NCBI GenBank assembly: GCA_964016885.1
Contig: OZ024744.1
Location: 53,010,001 to 53,074,000 of the forward strand
Direction of reading: 5' to 3'
Origin: Eledone cirrhosa
Lineage: Eukaryota
DNA length: 64,000 nucleotides
The stretch's first letter is position 1. Every line of letters begins with the position of its first letter. The notes beneath the pieces were generated by a model. The model saw only the letters and a program-made list of their open reading frames with translations, ran no database searches and was not told where the DNA came from. Below are positions 27,500-42,700 of the stretch, piece by piece. Made by a program: the position numbers and the translations under genes.

Positions 27500-30400
27500 C
27501 AAGTGTAAGACATGTGACCAGTAAACACATCAACTACAAGACTACACCAGCACCTCTCTCTCAGTCTAGTGACAAGTATAAAACATGTGACCAGTAAACA
27601 TATCAACTACAAGACTACACCAGCACCTCTCTCTCAGTCTAGTGACAAGTGTAAGACATGTGAACAGTAAACATATCAACTACAAGACTACACCATCACC
27701 TCTCTCTAAGTCTAGTGACAAGTGTAAGACATGTGACCAGTAAACATATCAACTACAAGACTACACCAGCACCTCTCTCTAAGTCTAGTGACAAGTGTAA
27801 GCCATGTGACCAGTAAACATATCAACTACAAGACTACACCAGCACCTCTCTCTCAGTCTAGTGACAAGTGTAAGACATGTGACCAGTAAACATATCAACT
27901 ACATGACTACACCAGCACCACTCTCTCAGTCTAGTGACAAGTGTAAGACATGTGACCAGTAAACATATCAACTACAAGACTACACCAGCACCTCTCTCTC
28001 AGTCTAGTGACAAGTGTAAGACATGTGAACAGTAAACATATCAACTACAAGACTACACCAGCACCTCTCTCTCAGTCTAGTGACAACTGTAAGCCATGTG
28101 ACCAGTAAACATATCAACTACAAGACTACACCAGCACCACTCTCTCTCAGTCTAGTGACAAGTGTAAGACATGTGACCAGTAAACATATCAACTACAAGA
28201 CTACACCAGCACCACTCTCTCTCAGTCTAGTGACAAGTGTAAGACATGTGACCAGTAAACATATCAACTACAAGACTACACCAGCACCTCTCTCTCAGTT
28301 TAGTGACAAGTGTAAGACATGTGACCAGTAAACATATCAACTACAAGACTACACCAGCACCTCTCTCTCAGTCTAGTGACAAGTGTAAGACATGTGACCA
28401 GTAAACATATCAACTACAAGACTACACCAGCCCCTCTCTCTCAGTCTAGTGACAAGTGTAAGACATGTGACCAGTAAACATATCAACTACAAGACTACAC
28501 CAGCACCTCTCTCTCAGTCTAGTGACAAGTGTAAGACATGTGACCAGTAAACACATCAACTACAAGACTACACCAGCACCTCTCTCTCAGTCTAGTGACA
28601 AGTGTAAGTCATGTGATCAGTAAACATATCAACTACAAGACTACACCAGCACCTCTCTCTCAGTTTATTGACAAGTGTAAGACATGTGACCAGTAAACAC
28701 ATCAACTACAAGACTACACCAGCACCACTCTCTCAGTCTAGTGACAAGTGTAAGACATGTGACCAGTAAACATATCAACTACAAGACTACACCAGCACCA
28801 CTCTCTCAGTCTAGTGACAAGTGTAAGACATGTGACCAGTAATCATATCAACTACAAGACTACACCAGCACCTCTCTCTCAGTCTAGTGACAAGTGTAAG
28901 ACATGTGACCAGTAAACACGTCAACTACAAGACTACACCAGCACCTCTCTCTCAGTCTAGTGACAAGTGTAAGACATGTGACCAGTAAACATATCAACTA
29001 CAAGACTACACCAGCACCTCTCTCTCAGTCTAGTGACAAGTGTAAGACATGTGACCAGTAAACATATCAACTACAAGACTACACCAGCACCTCTCTCTCA
29101 GTCTAGTGACAAGTGTAAGTCATGTGACCAGTAAACATATCAACTACAAGACTACACCAGCACCTCTCTCTCAGTCTAGTGACAAGTATAAAACATGTGA
29201 CCAGTAAACATATCAACTACAAGACTACACCAGCACCTCTCTCTCAGTCTAGTGACAAGTGTAAGTCATGTGACCAGTAAACATATCAACTACAAGACTA
29301 CACCAGCACCTCTCTCTCAGTCTAGTGACAAGTGTAAGACATGTGACCAGTAAACATATCAACTACAAGACTACACCAGCCCCTCTCTCTCAGTCTAGTG
29401 ACAAGTGTAAGACATGTGACCAGTAAACATATCAACTACAAGACTACACCAGCACCTCTCTCTCAGTCTAGTGACAAGTGTAAGACATGTGATCAGTAAA
29501 CATATCAACTACAAGACTACACCAGCACCTCTCTCTCAGTCTAGTGACAAGTGTAAGACATGTGACCAGTAAACATATCAACTACAAGACTACACCAGCA
29601 CCACTCTCTCAGTCTAGTGACAAGTGTAAGACATGTGACCAGTAATCATATCAACTACAAGACTACACCAGCACCTCTCTCTCAGTCTAGTGACAAGTGT
29701 AAGACATGTGACCAGTAAACACATGAACTACAAGACTACACCATCACCTCTCTCTCAGTCTAGTGACAAGTGTAAGACATGTGACCAGTAAACATATCAA
29801 CTACAAGACTACACCAGCCCCTCTCTCTCAGTCTAGTGACAAGTGTAAGACATGTGATCAGTAAACACATCAACTACAAGACTACACCAGCACCTCTCTC
29901 TCAGTCTAGTGACAAGTGTAAGACATGTGACCAGTAAACATATCAACTACAAGACTACACCAGCACCTCTCTCTCAGTCTAGTGACAAGTGTAAGACAGG
30001 TGACCAGTAATTACATCAACTACAAGACTACACCAGCACCTCTCTCTCAGTCTAGTGACAAGTGTAAGACATGTGACCAGTAAACATATCAACTACAAGA
30101 CTACACCAGCCCCTCTCTCTCAGTCTAGTGACAAGTGTAAGACATGTGACCAGTAAACATATCAACTACAAGACTACACCAGCACCTCTCTCTCAGTCTA
30201 GTGACAAGTGTAAGTCATGTGACCAGTAAACACATCAAGTACAAGACTACACCAGCACCACTCTCTCAGTCTACTGACAAGTGTAAGACATGTGACCAGT
30301 AAACATATCAACTACAAGACTACACCAGCACCTCTCTCTCAGTCTAGTGACAAGTGTAAGACATGTGACCAGTAAACATATCAACTACAAGACTACACCA

Positions 30401-33400
30401 GCACCTCTCTCTCAGTCTAGTGACAAGTGTAAGACATGTGACCAGTAAACATATCAACTACAAGACTACACCAGCACCACTCTCTCAGTCTAGTGACAAG
30501 TGTAAGACATGTGACCAGTAAACACATCAACTACAAGACTACACCAGCACCTCTCTCTCACTCTAGTGACAAGTATAAAACATGTGACCAGTAAACATAT
30601 CAACTACAAGACTACACCAGCACCTCTCTCTCAGTCTAGTGACAAGTGTAAGACATGTGACCAGTAAACATATCAACTACAAGACTACACCTTCACCTCT
30701 CTCTCAGTCTAGTGACAAGTGTAAGACATGTGACCAGTAAACATATCAACTACAAGACTACACCAGCACCTCTCTCTCAGTCTAGTGACAAGTGTAAGAC
30801 ATGTGAACAGTAAACATATCAACTACAAGACTACACCAGCACCACTCTCTCAGTCTAGTGACAAGTGTAAGACATGTGACCAGTAAACATATCAACTACA
30901 AGACTACACCAGCACCTCTCTCTCAGTCTAGTGACAAGTGTAAGACATGTGACCAGTAAATACATCAACTACAAGACTACACCAGCACCTCTCTCTCAGT
31001 CTAGTGACAAGTGTAACTCATGTGACCAGTAAACATATCAACTACAAGACTACACCAGCACCTCTCTCTCAGTCTAGTGACAAGTGTAAGACATGTGACC
31101 AGTAATTACATCAACTACAAGACTACACCAGCACCTCTCTCTCAGTCTAGTGACAAGTGTAAGACATGTGACCAGTAAATACATCAACTACAAGACTACA
31201 CCAGCACCTCTCTCTCAGTCTAGTGACAAGTGTAACTCATGTGACCAGTAAACATATCAACTACAAGACTACACCAGCACCTCTCTCTCAGTCTAGTGAC
31301 AAGTGTAAGACATGTGACCAGTAAATACATCAACTACAAGACTACACCAGCACCTCTCTCTCAGTCTAGTGACAAGTGTAACTCATGTGACCAGTAAACA
31401 TATCAACTACAAGACTACACCAGCACCTCTCTCTCAGTCTAGTGACAAGTGTAAGACATGTGACCAGTAATTACATCAACTACAAGACTACACCAGCACC
31501 TCTCTCTCAGTCTAGTGACAAGTGTAAGTCATGTGACCAGTAAACACATCAACTACAAGACTACACCAGCACCTCTCTCTCAGTCTAGTGACAAGTGTAA
31601 GCCATGTGACCAGTAAACATATCAACTACAAGACTACACCAGCACCTCTCTCTCAGTCTACTGACAAGTGTAAGACATGTGACCAGTAAACATATCAACT
31701 ACAAGACTACACCAGCACCTCTCTCTCAGTCTAGTGACAAGTGTAAGACATGTGACCAGTAAACATATCAACTACAAGACTACACCAGCACCTCTCTCTC
31801 AGTCTAGTGACAAGTGTAAGTCATGTGACCAGTAAACACATCAACTACAAGACTACACCAGCACCACTCTCTCAGTCTACTGACAAGTGTAAGACATGTG
31901 ACCAGTAAACACATCAAGTACAAGACTACACCAGCACCACTCTCTCAGTCTACTGACAAGTGTAAGACATGTGACCAGTAAACATATCAACTACAAGACT
32001 ACACCAGCACCTCTCTCTCAGTCTAGTGACAAGTGTAAGACATGTGACCAGTAAACATATCAACTACAAGACTACACCAGCACCTCTCTCTCAGTCTAGT
32101 GACAAGTGTAAGACATGTGACCAGTAAACATATCAACTACAAGACTACACCAGCACCACTCTCTCAGTCTAGTGACAAGTGTAAGACATGTGACCAGTAA
32201 ACACATCAACTACAAGACTACACCAGCACCTCTCTCTCACTCTAGTGACAAGTATAAAACATGTGACCAGTAAACATATCAACTACAAGACTACACCAGC
32301 ACCTCTCTCTCAGTCTAGTGACAAGTGTAAGACATGTGAACAGTAAACATATCAACTACAAGACTACACCAGCACCACTCTCTCAGTCTAGTGACAAGTG
32401 TAAGACATGTGACCAGTAAACATATCAACTACAAGACTACACCAGCACCTCTCTCTCAGTCTAGTGACAAGTGTAAGACATGTGACCAGTAAATACATCA
32501 ACTACAAGACTACACCAGCACCTCTCTCTCAGTCTAGTGACAAGTGTAACTCATGTGACCAGTAAACATATCAACTACAAGACTACACCAGCACCTCTCT
32601 CTCAGTCTAGTGACAAGTGTAAGACATGTGACCAGTAATTACATCTACTACAAGACTACACCAGCACCTCTCTCTCAGTCTAGTGACAAGTGTAAGACAT
32701 GTGACCAGTAAATACATCAACTACAAGACTACACCAGCACCTCTCTCTCAGTCTAGTGACAAGTGTAACTCATGTGACCAGTAAACATATCAACTACAAG
32801 ACTACACCAGCACCTCTCTCTCAGTCTAGTGACAAGTGTAAGACATGTGACCAGTAAATACATCAACTACAAGACTACACCAGCACCTCTCTCTCAGTCT
32901 AGTGACAAGTGTAACTCATGTGACCAGTAAACATATCAACTACAAGACTACACCAGCACCTCTCTCTCAGTCTAGTGACAAGTGTAAGACATGTGACCAG
33001 TAATTACATCAACTACAAGACTACACCAGCACCTCTCTCTCAGTCTAGTGACAAGTGTAAGTCATGTGACCAGTAAACACATCAACTACAAGACTACACC
33101 AGCACCTCTCTCTCAGTCTGGTGACAAGTGTAAGACATGTGACCAGTAAACACATCAACTACAAGACTACACCAGCACCTCTCTCTCAGTCTAGTGACAA
33201 GTGTAAGACATGTGACCAGTAAACATATCAACTACAAGACTACACCAGCACCTCTCTCTCAGTCTACTGACAAGTGTAAGACATGTGACCAGTAAACATA
33301 TCAACTACAAGACTACACCAGCACCTCTCTCTCAGTCTAGTGACAAGTGTAAGACATGTGACCAGTAAACATATCAACTACAAGACTACACCAGCACCTC

Positions 33401-35150
33401 TCTCTCAGTCTAGTGACAAGTGTAAGTCATGTGACCAGTAAACACATCAACTACAAGACTACACCAGCACCACTCTCTCAGTCTACTGACAAGTGTAAGA
33501 CATGTGACCAGTAAACATATCAACTACAAGACTACACCAGCACCTCTCTCTCAGTCTAGTGACAAGTGTAAGACATGTGACCAGTAAACATATCAACTAC
33601 AAGACTACACCAGCACCTCTCTCTCAGTCTAGTGACAAGTGTAACACATGTGACCAGTAAACATATCAACTACAAGACTACACCAGCACCACTCTCTCAG
33701 TCTAGTGACAAGTGTAAGACATGTGACCAGTAAACACATCAACTACAAGACTACACCAGCACCTCTCTCTCAGTCTAGTGACAAGTATAAAACATGTGAC
33801 CAGTAAACATATCAACTACAAGACTACACCAGCACCTCTCTCTCAGTCTAGTGACAAGTGTAAGACATGTGAACAGTAAACATATCAACTACAAGACTAC
33901 ACCATCACCTCTCTCTAAGTCTAGTGACAAGTGTAAGACATGTGACCAGTAAACATATCAACTACAAGACTACACCAGCACCTCTCTCTAAGTCTAGTGA
34001 CAAGTGTAAGCCATGTGACCAGTAAACATATCAACTACAAGACTACACCAGCACCTCTCTCTCAGTCTAGTGACAAGTGTAAGACATGTGACCAGTAAAC
34101 ATATCAACTACATGACTACACCAGCACCACTCTCTCAGTCTAGTGACAAGTGTAAGACATGTGACCAGTAAACATATCAACTACAAGACTACACCAGCAC
34201 CTCTCTCTCAGTCTAGTGACAAGTGTAAGACATGTGAACAGTAAACATATCAACTACAAGACTACACCAGCACCTCTCTCTCAGTCTAGTGACAACTGTA
34301 AGCCATGTGACCAGTAAACATATCAACTACAAGACTACACCAGCACCACTCTCTCTCAGTCTAGTGACAAGTGTAAGACATGTGACCAGTAAACATATCA
34401 ACTACAAGACTACACCAGCACCACTCTCTCTCAGTCTAGTGACAAGTGTAAGACATGTGACCAGTAAACATATCAACTACAAGACTACACCAGCACCTCT
34501 CTCTCAGTTTAGTGACAAGTGTAAGACATGTGACCAGTAAACATATCAACTACAAGACTACACCAGCACCTCTCTCTCAGTCTAGTGACAAGTGTAAGAC
34601 ATGTGACCAGTAAACATATCAACTACAAGACTACACCAGCCCCTCTCTCTCAGTCTAGTGACAAGTGTAAGACATGTGACCAGTAAACATATCAACTACA
34701 AGACTACACCAGCACCTCTCTCTCAGTCTAGTGACAAGTGTAAGACATGTGACCAGTAAACACATCAACTACAAGACTACACCAGCACCTCTCTCTCAGT
34801 CTAGTGACAAGTGTAAGTCATGTGATCAGTAAACATATCAACTACAAGACTACACCAGCACCTCTCTCTCAGTTTATTGACAAGTGTAAGACATGTGACC
34901 AGTAAACACATCAACTACAAGACTACACCAGCACCACTCTCTCAGTCTAGTGACAAGTGTAAGACATGTGACCAGTAAACATATCAACTACAAGACTACA
35001 CCAGCACCACTCTCTCAGTCTAGTGACAAGTGTAAGACATGTGACCAGTAATCATATCAACTACAAGACTACACCAGCACCTCTCTCTCAGTCTAGTGAC
35101 AAGTGTAAGACATGTGACCAGTAAACACGTCAACTACAAGACTACACCAG
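27500..35150. repeat. Block duplication: ~27500-28940 recurs at ~33710-35150 (offset 85 monomers)
   Basis: CAGTTTATTG at 28661/34870 and identical ORF-track entries at 28080/34289; offset 6209 = 85x73+4. Confidence 0.88.
30230..33500. repeat. Imperfect tandem duplication of about 23 monomers
   Basis: CATCAAGTAC at 30233/31912 and CTCTAGTGACAAGTATAAAA at 30561/32240; offset 1679 = 23x73; the second copy lacks the CCTTCACC-containing monomer pair. Confidence 0.8.
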
Positions 35151-35409
35151 CACCTCTCTCTCAGTCTAGTGACAAGTATAAAACATGTGACCAGTAAACA
35201 TATCAACTACAAGACTACACCAGCACCTCTCTCTCAGTCTAGTGACAAGTGTAAGTCATGTGACCAGTAAACATATCAACTACAAGACTACACCAGCACC
35301 TCTCTCTCAGTCTAGTGACAAGTGTAAGACATGTGACCAGTAAACATATCAACTACAAGACTACACCAGCCCCTCTCTCTCAGTCTAGTGACAAGTGTAA
35401 GACATGTGA

Positions 35410-36715
35410 CCAGTAAACATATCAACTACAAGACTACACCAGCACCTCTCTCTCAGTCTAGTGACAAGTGTAAGACATGTGATCAGTAAACATATCAACT
35501 ACAAGACTACACCAGCACCTCTCTCTCAGTCTAGTGACAAGTGTAAGACATGTGACCAGTAAACATATCAACTACAAGACTACACCAGCACCACTCTCTC
35601 AGTCTAGTGACAAGTGTAAGACATGTGACCAGTAATCATATCAACTACAAGACTACACCAGCACCTCTCTCTCAGTCTAGTGACAAGTGTAAGACATGTG
35701 ACCAGTAAACACATGAACTACAAGACTACACCATCACCTCTCTCTCAGTCTAGTGACAAGTGTAAGACATGTGACCAGTAAACATATCAACTACAAGACT
35801 ACACCAGCCCCTCTCTCTCAGTCTAGTGACAAGTGTAAGACATGTGATCAGTAAACACATCAACTACAAGACTACACCAGCACCTCTCTCTCAGTCTAGT
35901 GACAAGTGTAAGACATGTGACCAGTAAACATATCAACTACAAGACTACACCAGCACCTCTCTCTCAGTCTAGTGACAAGTGTAAGACATGTGACCAGTAA
36001 ACATATCAACTACAAGACTACACCAGCCCCTCTCTCTCAGTCTAGTGACAAGTGTAAGACATGTGACCAGTAATCATATCAACTACAAGACTACACCAGC
36101 ACCACTCTCTCAGTCTACAGACAAGTGTAAGCCATGTGACCAGTAAACATATCAACTACAAGACTACACCAGCACCTCTCTCTCAGTCTAGTGACAAGTG
36201 TAAGACATGTGATCAGTAAACATATCAACTACAAGACTACACCAGCACCTCTCTCTCAGTCTAGTGACAAGTGTAAGACATGTGACCAGTAAACATATCA
36301 ACTACAAGACTACACCAGCACCACTCTCTCAGTCTAGTGACAAGTGTAAGACATGTGACCAGTAATCATATCAACTACAAGACTACACCAGCACCTCTCT
36401 CTCAGTCTAGTGACAAGTGTAAGACATGTGACCAGTAAACACATGAACTACAAGACTACACCATCACCTCTCTCTCAGTCTAGTGACAAGTGTAAGACAT
36501 GTGACCAGTAAACATATCAACTACAAGACTACACCAGCCCCTCTCTCTCAGTCTAGTGACAAGTGTAAGACATGTGATCAGTAAACACATCAACTACAAG
36601 ACTACACCAGCACCTCTCTCTCAGTCTAGTGACAAGTGTAAGACATGTGACCAGTAAACATATCAACTACAAGACTACACCAGCACCTCTCTCTCAGTCT
36701 AGTGACAAGTGTAAG
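35410..36715. repeat. Near-tandem duplication with 10-monomer (730 bp) offset
   Basis: CATGAACT at 35712/36442 with flanking TGATCA and AATCAT variants in the same order. Confidence 0.8.
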
Positions 36716-39700
36716 ACAGGTGACCAGTAATTACATCAACTACAAGACTACACCAGCACCTCTCTCTTAGTCTAGTGACAAGTGTAAGGCATGTGACAAG
36801 TAAACACTTCAACTAGAAGACTACACCAGCACCACTCTCTCAGTCTAGTGACAAGTGTAAGACATGTGACCAGTAAACATATCAACTACAAGACTACACC
36901 AGCACCACTCTCTCAGTCTAGTGACAAGTGTAAGACATGTGACCAGTAAACATATCAACTACAAGACTACACCAGCACCACTCTCTCAGTCTAGTGACAA
37001 GTGTAAGCCATGTGATCAGTAAACATATCAACTACAAGACTACACCAGCACCTCTCTCTCAGTCTAGTGACAAGTGTAAGACATGTGACCAGTAAACATA
37101 TCAACTACAAGACTACACCAGCACCTCTCTCTCAGTCTAGTGTCAAGTGTAAGACATGTGACCAGTAAACACATCAACTACAAGACTACACCAGCACCTC
37201 TCTCTCAGTCTAGTGACAAGTGTAACTCATGTGACCAGTAAACATATCAACTACAAGACTACACCAGCACCTCTCTCTCAGTCTAGTGACAAGTGTAAGA
37301 CATGTGACCAGTAAACATATCAACTACAAGACTACACCAGCACCACTCTCTCAGTCTAGTGACAAGTGTAAGACATGTGACCAGTAAACATATCAACTAC
37401 AAGACTACACCATCACCTCTCTCTAAGTCTAGTGACAAGTGTAAGACATGCGACCAGTAAACATATCAACTACAAGACTACACCAGCACCTCTCTCTCAG
37501 TCTAGTGACAAGTGTAAGACATGTGAACAGTAAACATATCAACTACAAGACTACACCATCACCTCTCTCTAAGTCTAGTGACAAGTGTAAGACATGTGAC
37601 CAGTAAACATATCAACTACAAGACTACACCAGCACCTCTCTCTAAGTCTAGTGACAAGTGTAAGACATGTGACCAGTAAACATATCAACTACATGACTAC
37701 ACCAGCACCACTCTCTCAGTCTAGTGACAAGTGTAAGACATGTGACCAGTAAACATATCAACTACAAGACTACACCAGCACCTCTCTCTCAGTCTAGTGA
37801 CAAGTGTAAGACATGTGAACAGTAAACATATCAACTACAAGACTACACCAGCACCTCTCTCTCAGTCTAGTGACAACTGTAAGCCATGTGACCAGTAAAC
37901 ATATCAACTACAAGACTACACCAGCACCACTCTCTCTCAGTCTAGTGACAAGTGTAAGACATGTGACCAGTAAACATATCAACTACAAGACTACACCAGC
38001 ACCACTCTCTCTCAGTCTAGTGACAAGTGTAAGACATGTGACCAGTAAACATATCAACTACAAGACTACACCAGCACCTCTCTCTCAGTCTAGTGACAAG
38101 TGTAAGACATGTGACCAGTAAACATATCAACTACAAGACTACACCAGCCCCTCTCTCTCAGTCTAGTGACAAGTGTAAGACATGTGACCAGTAAACATAT
38201 CAATTACAAGACTACACCAGCACCTCTCTCTCAGTCTAGTGACAAGTGTAAGACATGTGACCAGTAAACACATCAACTACAAGACTACACCAGCACCTCT
38301 CTCTCAGTCTAGTGACAAGTGTAAGTCATGTGATCAGTAAACATATCAACTACAAGACTACACCAGCACCTCTCTCTCAGTTTAGTGACAAGTGTAAGAC
38401 ATGTGACCAGTAAACACATCAACTACAAGACTACACCAGCACCACTCTCTCAGTCTAGTGACAAGTGTAAGACATGTGACCAGTAAACATATCAACTACA
38501 AGACTACACCAGCACCACTCTCTCAGTCTAGTGACAAGTGTAAGACATGTGACCAGTAAACACGTCAACTACAAGACTACACCAGCACCTCTCTCTCAGT
38601 CTAGTGACAAGTGTAAGACATGTGACCAGTAAACATATCAACTACAAGACTACACCAGCCCCTCTCTCTCAGTCTAGTGCCAAGTGTAAGACATGTGACC
38701 AGTAATCATATCAACTACAAGACTACACCAGCACCTCTCTCTCAGTCTAGTGACAAGTGTAAGACATGTGACCAGTAAACATATCAACTACAAGACTACA
38801 CCAGCACCTCTCTCTCAGTCTAGTGACAAGTGTAAGACATGTGACCAGTAAACACATCAACTACAAGACTACACCAGCACCTCTCTCTTAGTCTAGTGAC
38901 AAGTGTAAGCCATGTGACCAGTAAACATATCAACTACAAGACTACACCAGCACCACTCTCTCTCAGTCTAGTGACAAGTGTAAGACATGTGACCAGTAAA
39001 CACATCAACTACAAGACTACACCAGCACCTCTCTCTCAGTCTAGTGACAAGTGTAAGACATGTGATCAGTAAACACATCAACTACAAGACTACACCAGCA
39101 CCTCTCTCTCAGTCTAGTGACAAGTGTAAGACAGGTGACCAGTAATTACATCAACTACAAGACTACACCAGCACCTCTCTCTTAGTCTAGTGACAAGTGT
39201 AAGGCATGTGACAAGTAAACACATCAACTAGAAGACTACACCAGCACCACTCTCTCAGTCTAGTGACAAGTGTAAGACATGTGACCAGTAAACATATCAA
39301 CTACAAGACTACACCAGCACCACTCTCTCAGTCTAGTGACAAGTGTAAGACATGTGACCAGTAAACATATCAACTACAAGACTACACCAGCACCACTCTC
39401 TCAGTCTAGTGACAAGTGTAAGCCATGTGATCAGTAAACATATCAACTACAAGACTACACCAGCACCTCTCTCTCTCAGTCTAGTGACAAGTGTAAGCCA
39501 TGTGACCAGTAAACATATCAACTACAAGACTACACCAGCACCTCTCTCTCAGTCTAGTGTCAAGTGTAAGACATGTGACCAGTAAACATATCAACTACAA
39601 GACTACACCAGCACCTCTCTCTCAGTCTAGTGTCAAGTGTAAGACATGTGACCAGTAAACATATCAACTAGAAGACTACACCAGCACCTCTCTCTCAGTC

Positions 39701-42700
39701 TAGTGACAAGTGTAAGACATGTGACCAGTAAACATATCAACTACAAGACTACACCAGCACCTCTCTCTCAGTCTAGTGTCAAGTGTAAGACATGTGACCA
39801 GTAAACACATCAACTACAAGACTACACCAGCACCTCTCTCTCAGTCTAGTGACAAGTGTAACTCATGTGACCAGTAAACATATCAACTACAAGACTACAC
39901 CAGCACCTCTCTCTCAGTCTAGTGACAAGTGTAAGACATGTGACCAGTAAACATATCAACTACAAGACTACACCAGCACCACTCTCTCTCAGTCTAGTGA
40001 CAAGTGTAAGACATGTGACCAGTAAACATATCAACTACAAGACTACACCAGCACCTCTCTCTCAGTCTAGTGACAACTGTAAGCCATGTGACCAGTAAAC
40101 ATATCAACTACAAGACTACACCAGCACCTCTCTCTCAGTCTAGTGACAAGTGTAAGACATGTGACCAGTAAACATATCAACTACAAGACTACACCAGCAC
40201 CACTCTCTCTCAGTCTAGTGACAAGTGTAAGACATGTGACCAGTAAACATATCAACTACAAGACTACACCAGCACCACTCTCTCTCAGTCTAGTGACAAG
40301 TGTAAGACATGTGAACAGTAAACATATCAACTACAAGACTACACCAGCACCTCTCTCTCAGTCTAGTGACAACTGTAAGCCATGTGACCAGTAAACATAT
40401 CAACTACAAGACTACACCAGCACCTCTCTCTCAGTCTAGTGACAACTGTAAGCCATGTGACCAGTAAACATATCAACTACAAGACTACACCAGCACCACT
40501 CTCTCTCAGTCTAGTGACAAGTGTAAGACATGTGACCAGTAAACATATCAACTACAAGACTACACCAGCACCTCTCTCTCAGTTTAGTGACAAGTGTAAG
40601 ACATGTGACCAGTAAACATATCAACTACAAGACTACACCAGCCCCTCTCTCTCAGTCTAGTGACAAGTGTAAGACATGTGACCAGTAAACATATCAACTA
40701 CAAGACTACACCAGCACCTCTCTCTCAGTCTAGTGACAAGTGTAAGACATGTGACCAGTAAACACATCAACTACAAGACTACACCAGCACCACTCTCTCA
40801 GTCTAGTGACAAGTGTAAGCCATGTGACCAGTAAACATATCAACTACAAGACTACACCAGCACCTCTCTCTCAGTCTAGTGACAAGTGTAAGTCATGTGA
40901 TCAGTAAACATATCAACTACAAGACTACACCAGCACCTCTCTCTCAGTTTAGTGACAAGTGTAAGACATGTGACCAGTAAACACATCAACTACAAGACTA
41001 CACCAGCACCACTCTCTCAGTCTAGTGACAAGTGTAAGACATGTGACCAGTAAACATATCAACTACAAGACTACACCAGCACCACTCTCTCAGTCTAGTG
41101 ACAAGTGTAAGACATGTGACCAGTAATCATATCAACTACAAGACTACACCAGCACCTCTCTCTCAGTCTAGTGACAAGTGTAAGACATGTGACCAGTAAA
41201 CATATCAACTACAAGACTACACCAGCCCCCTCTCTCTCAGTCTAGTGCCAAGTGTAAGACATGTGACCAGTAATCATATCAACTACAAGACTACACCAGC
41301 ACCTCTCTGTCTGTCTAGTGACAAGTGTAAGTCATGTGACCAGTAAACATATCAACTACAAGACTACACCAGCACCACTCTCTCAGTCTAGTGACAAGTG
41401 TAAGCCATGTGATCAGTAAACATATCAACTACAAGACTACACCAGCACCTCTCTCTCAGTCTAGTGACAAGTGTAAGACATGTGACCAGTAAACATATCA
41501 ACTACAAGACTACACCAGCACCTCTCTCTCAGTCTAGTGTCAAGTGTAAGACATGTGACCAGTAAACATATCAACTACAAGACTACACCAGCACCTCTCT
41601 CTCAGTCTAGTGTCAAGTGTAAGACATGTGACCAGTAAACACATCAACTACAAGACTACACCAGCGCCTCTCTCTCAGTCTAGTGACAAGTGTAACTCAT
41701 GTGACCAGTAAACATATCAACTACAAGACTACACCAGCACCTCTCTCTCAGTCTAGTGACAAGTGTAAGACATGTGACCAGTAAACATATCAACTACAAG
41801 ACTACACCAGCACCACTCTCTCAGTCTAGTGACAAGTGTAAGACATGTGACCAGTAAACATATCAACTACAAGACTACACCATCACCTCTCTCTAAGTCT
41901 AGTGACAAGTGTAAGACATGCGACCAGTAAACATATCAACTACAAGACTACACCAGCACCTCTCTCTCAGTCTAGTGACAAGTGTAAGACATGTGAACAG
42001 TAAACATATCAACTACAAGACTACACCATCACCTCTCTCTAAGTCTAGTGACAAGTGTAAGACATGTGACCAGTAAACATATCAACTACAAGACTACACC
42101 AGCACCTCTCTCTAAGTCTAGTGACAAGTGTAAGGCATGTGACCAGTAAACATATCAACTACATGACTACACCAGCACCACTCTCTCAGTCTAGTGACAA
42201 GTGTAAGACATGTGACCAGTAAACATATCAACTACAAGACTACACCAGCACCTCTCTCTCAGTCTAGTGACAAGTGTAAGACATGTGAACAGTAAACATA
42301 TCAACTACAAGACTACACCAGCACCTCTCTCTCAGTCTAGTGACAACTGTAAGCCATGTGACCAGTAAACATATCAACTACAAGACTACACCATCACCAC
42401 TCTCTCTCAGTCTAGTGACAAGTGTAAGACATGTGACCAGTAAACATATCAACTACAAGACTACACCAGCACCACTCTCTCTCAGTCTAGTGACAAGTGT
42501 AAGACATGTGACCAGTAAACATATCAACTACAAGACTACACCAGCACCTCTCTCTCAGTTTAGTGACAAGTGTAAGACATGTGACCAGTAAACATATCAA
42601 CTACAAGACTACACCAGCACCTCTCTCTCAGTCTAGTGACAAGTGTAAGACATGTGACCAGTAAACATATCAACTACAAGACTACACCAGCCCCTCTCTC

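Noticed and set aside
28080-42591. Five 83-aa ORFs (28080, 34289, 37870, 40143, 42340)
   Set aside because: Each arises from two adjacent 75-bp monomers preserving frame; they are translations of the satellite with no ATG start or gene context.
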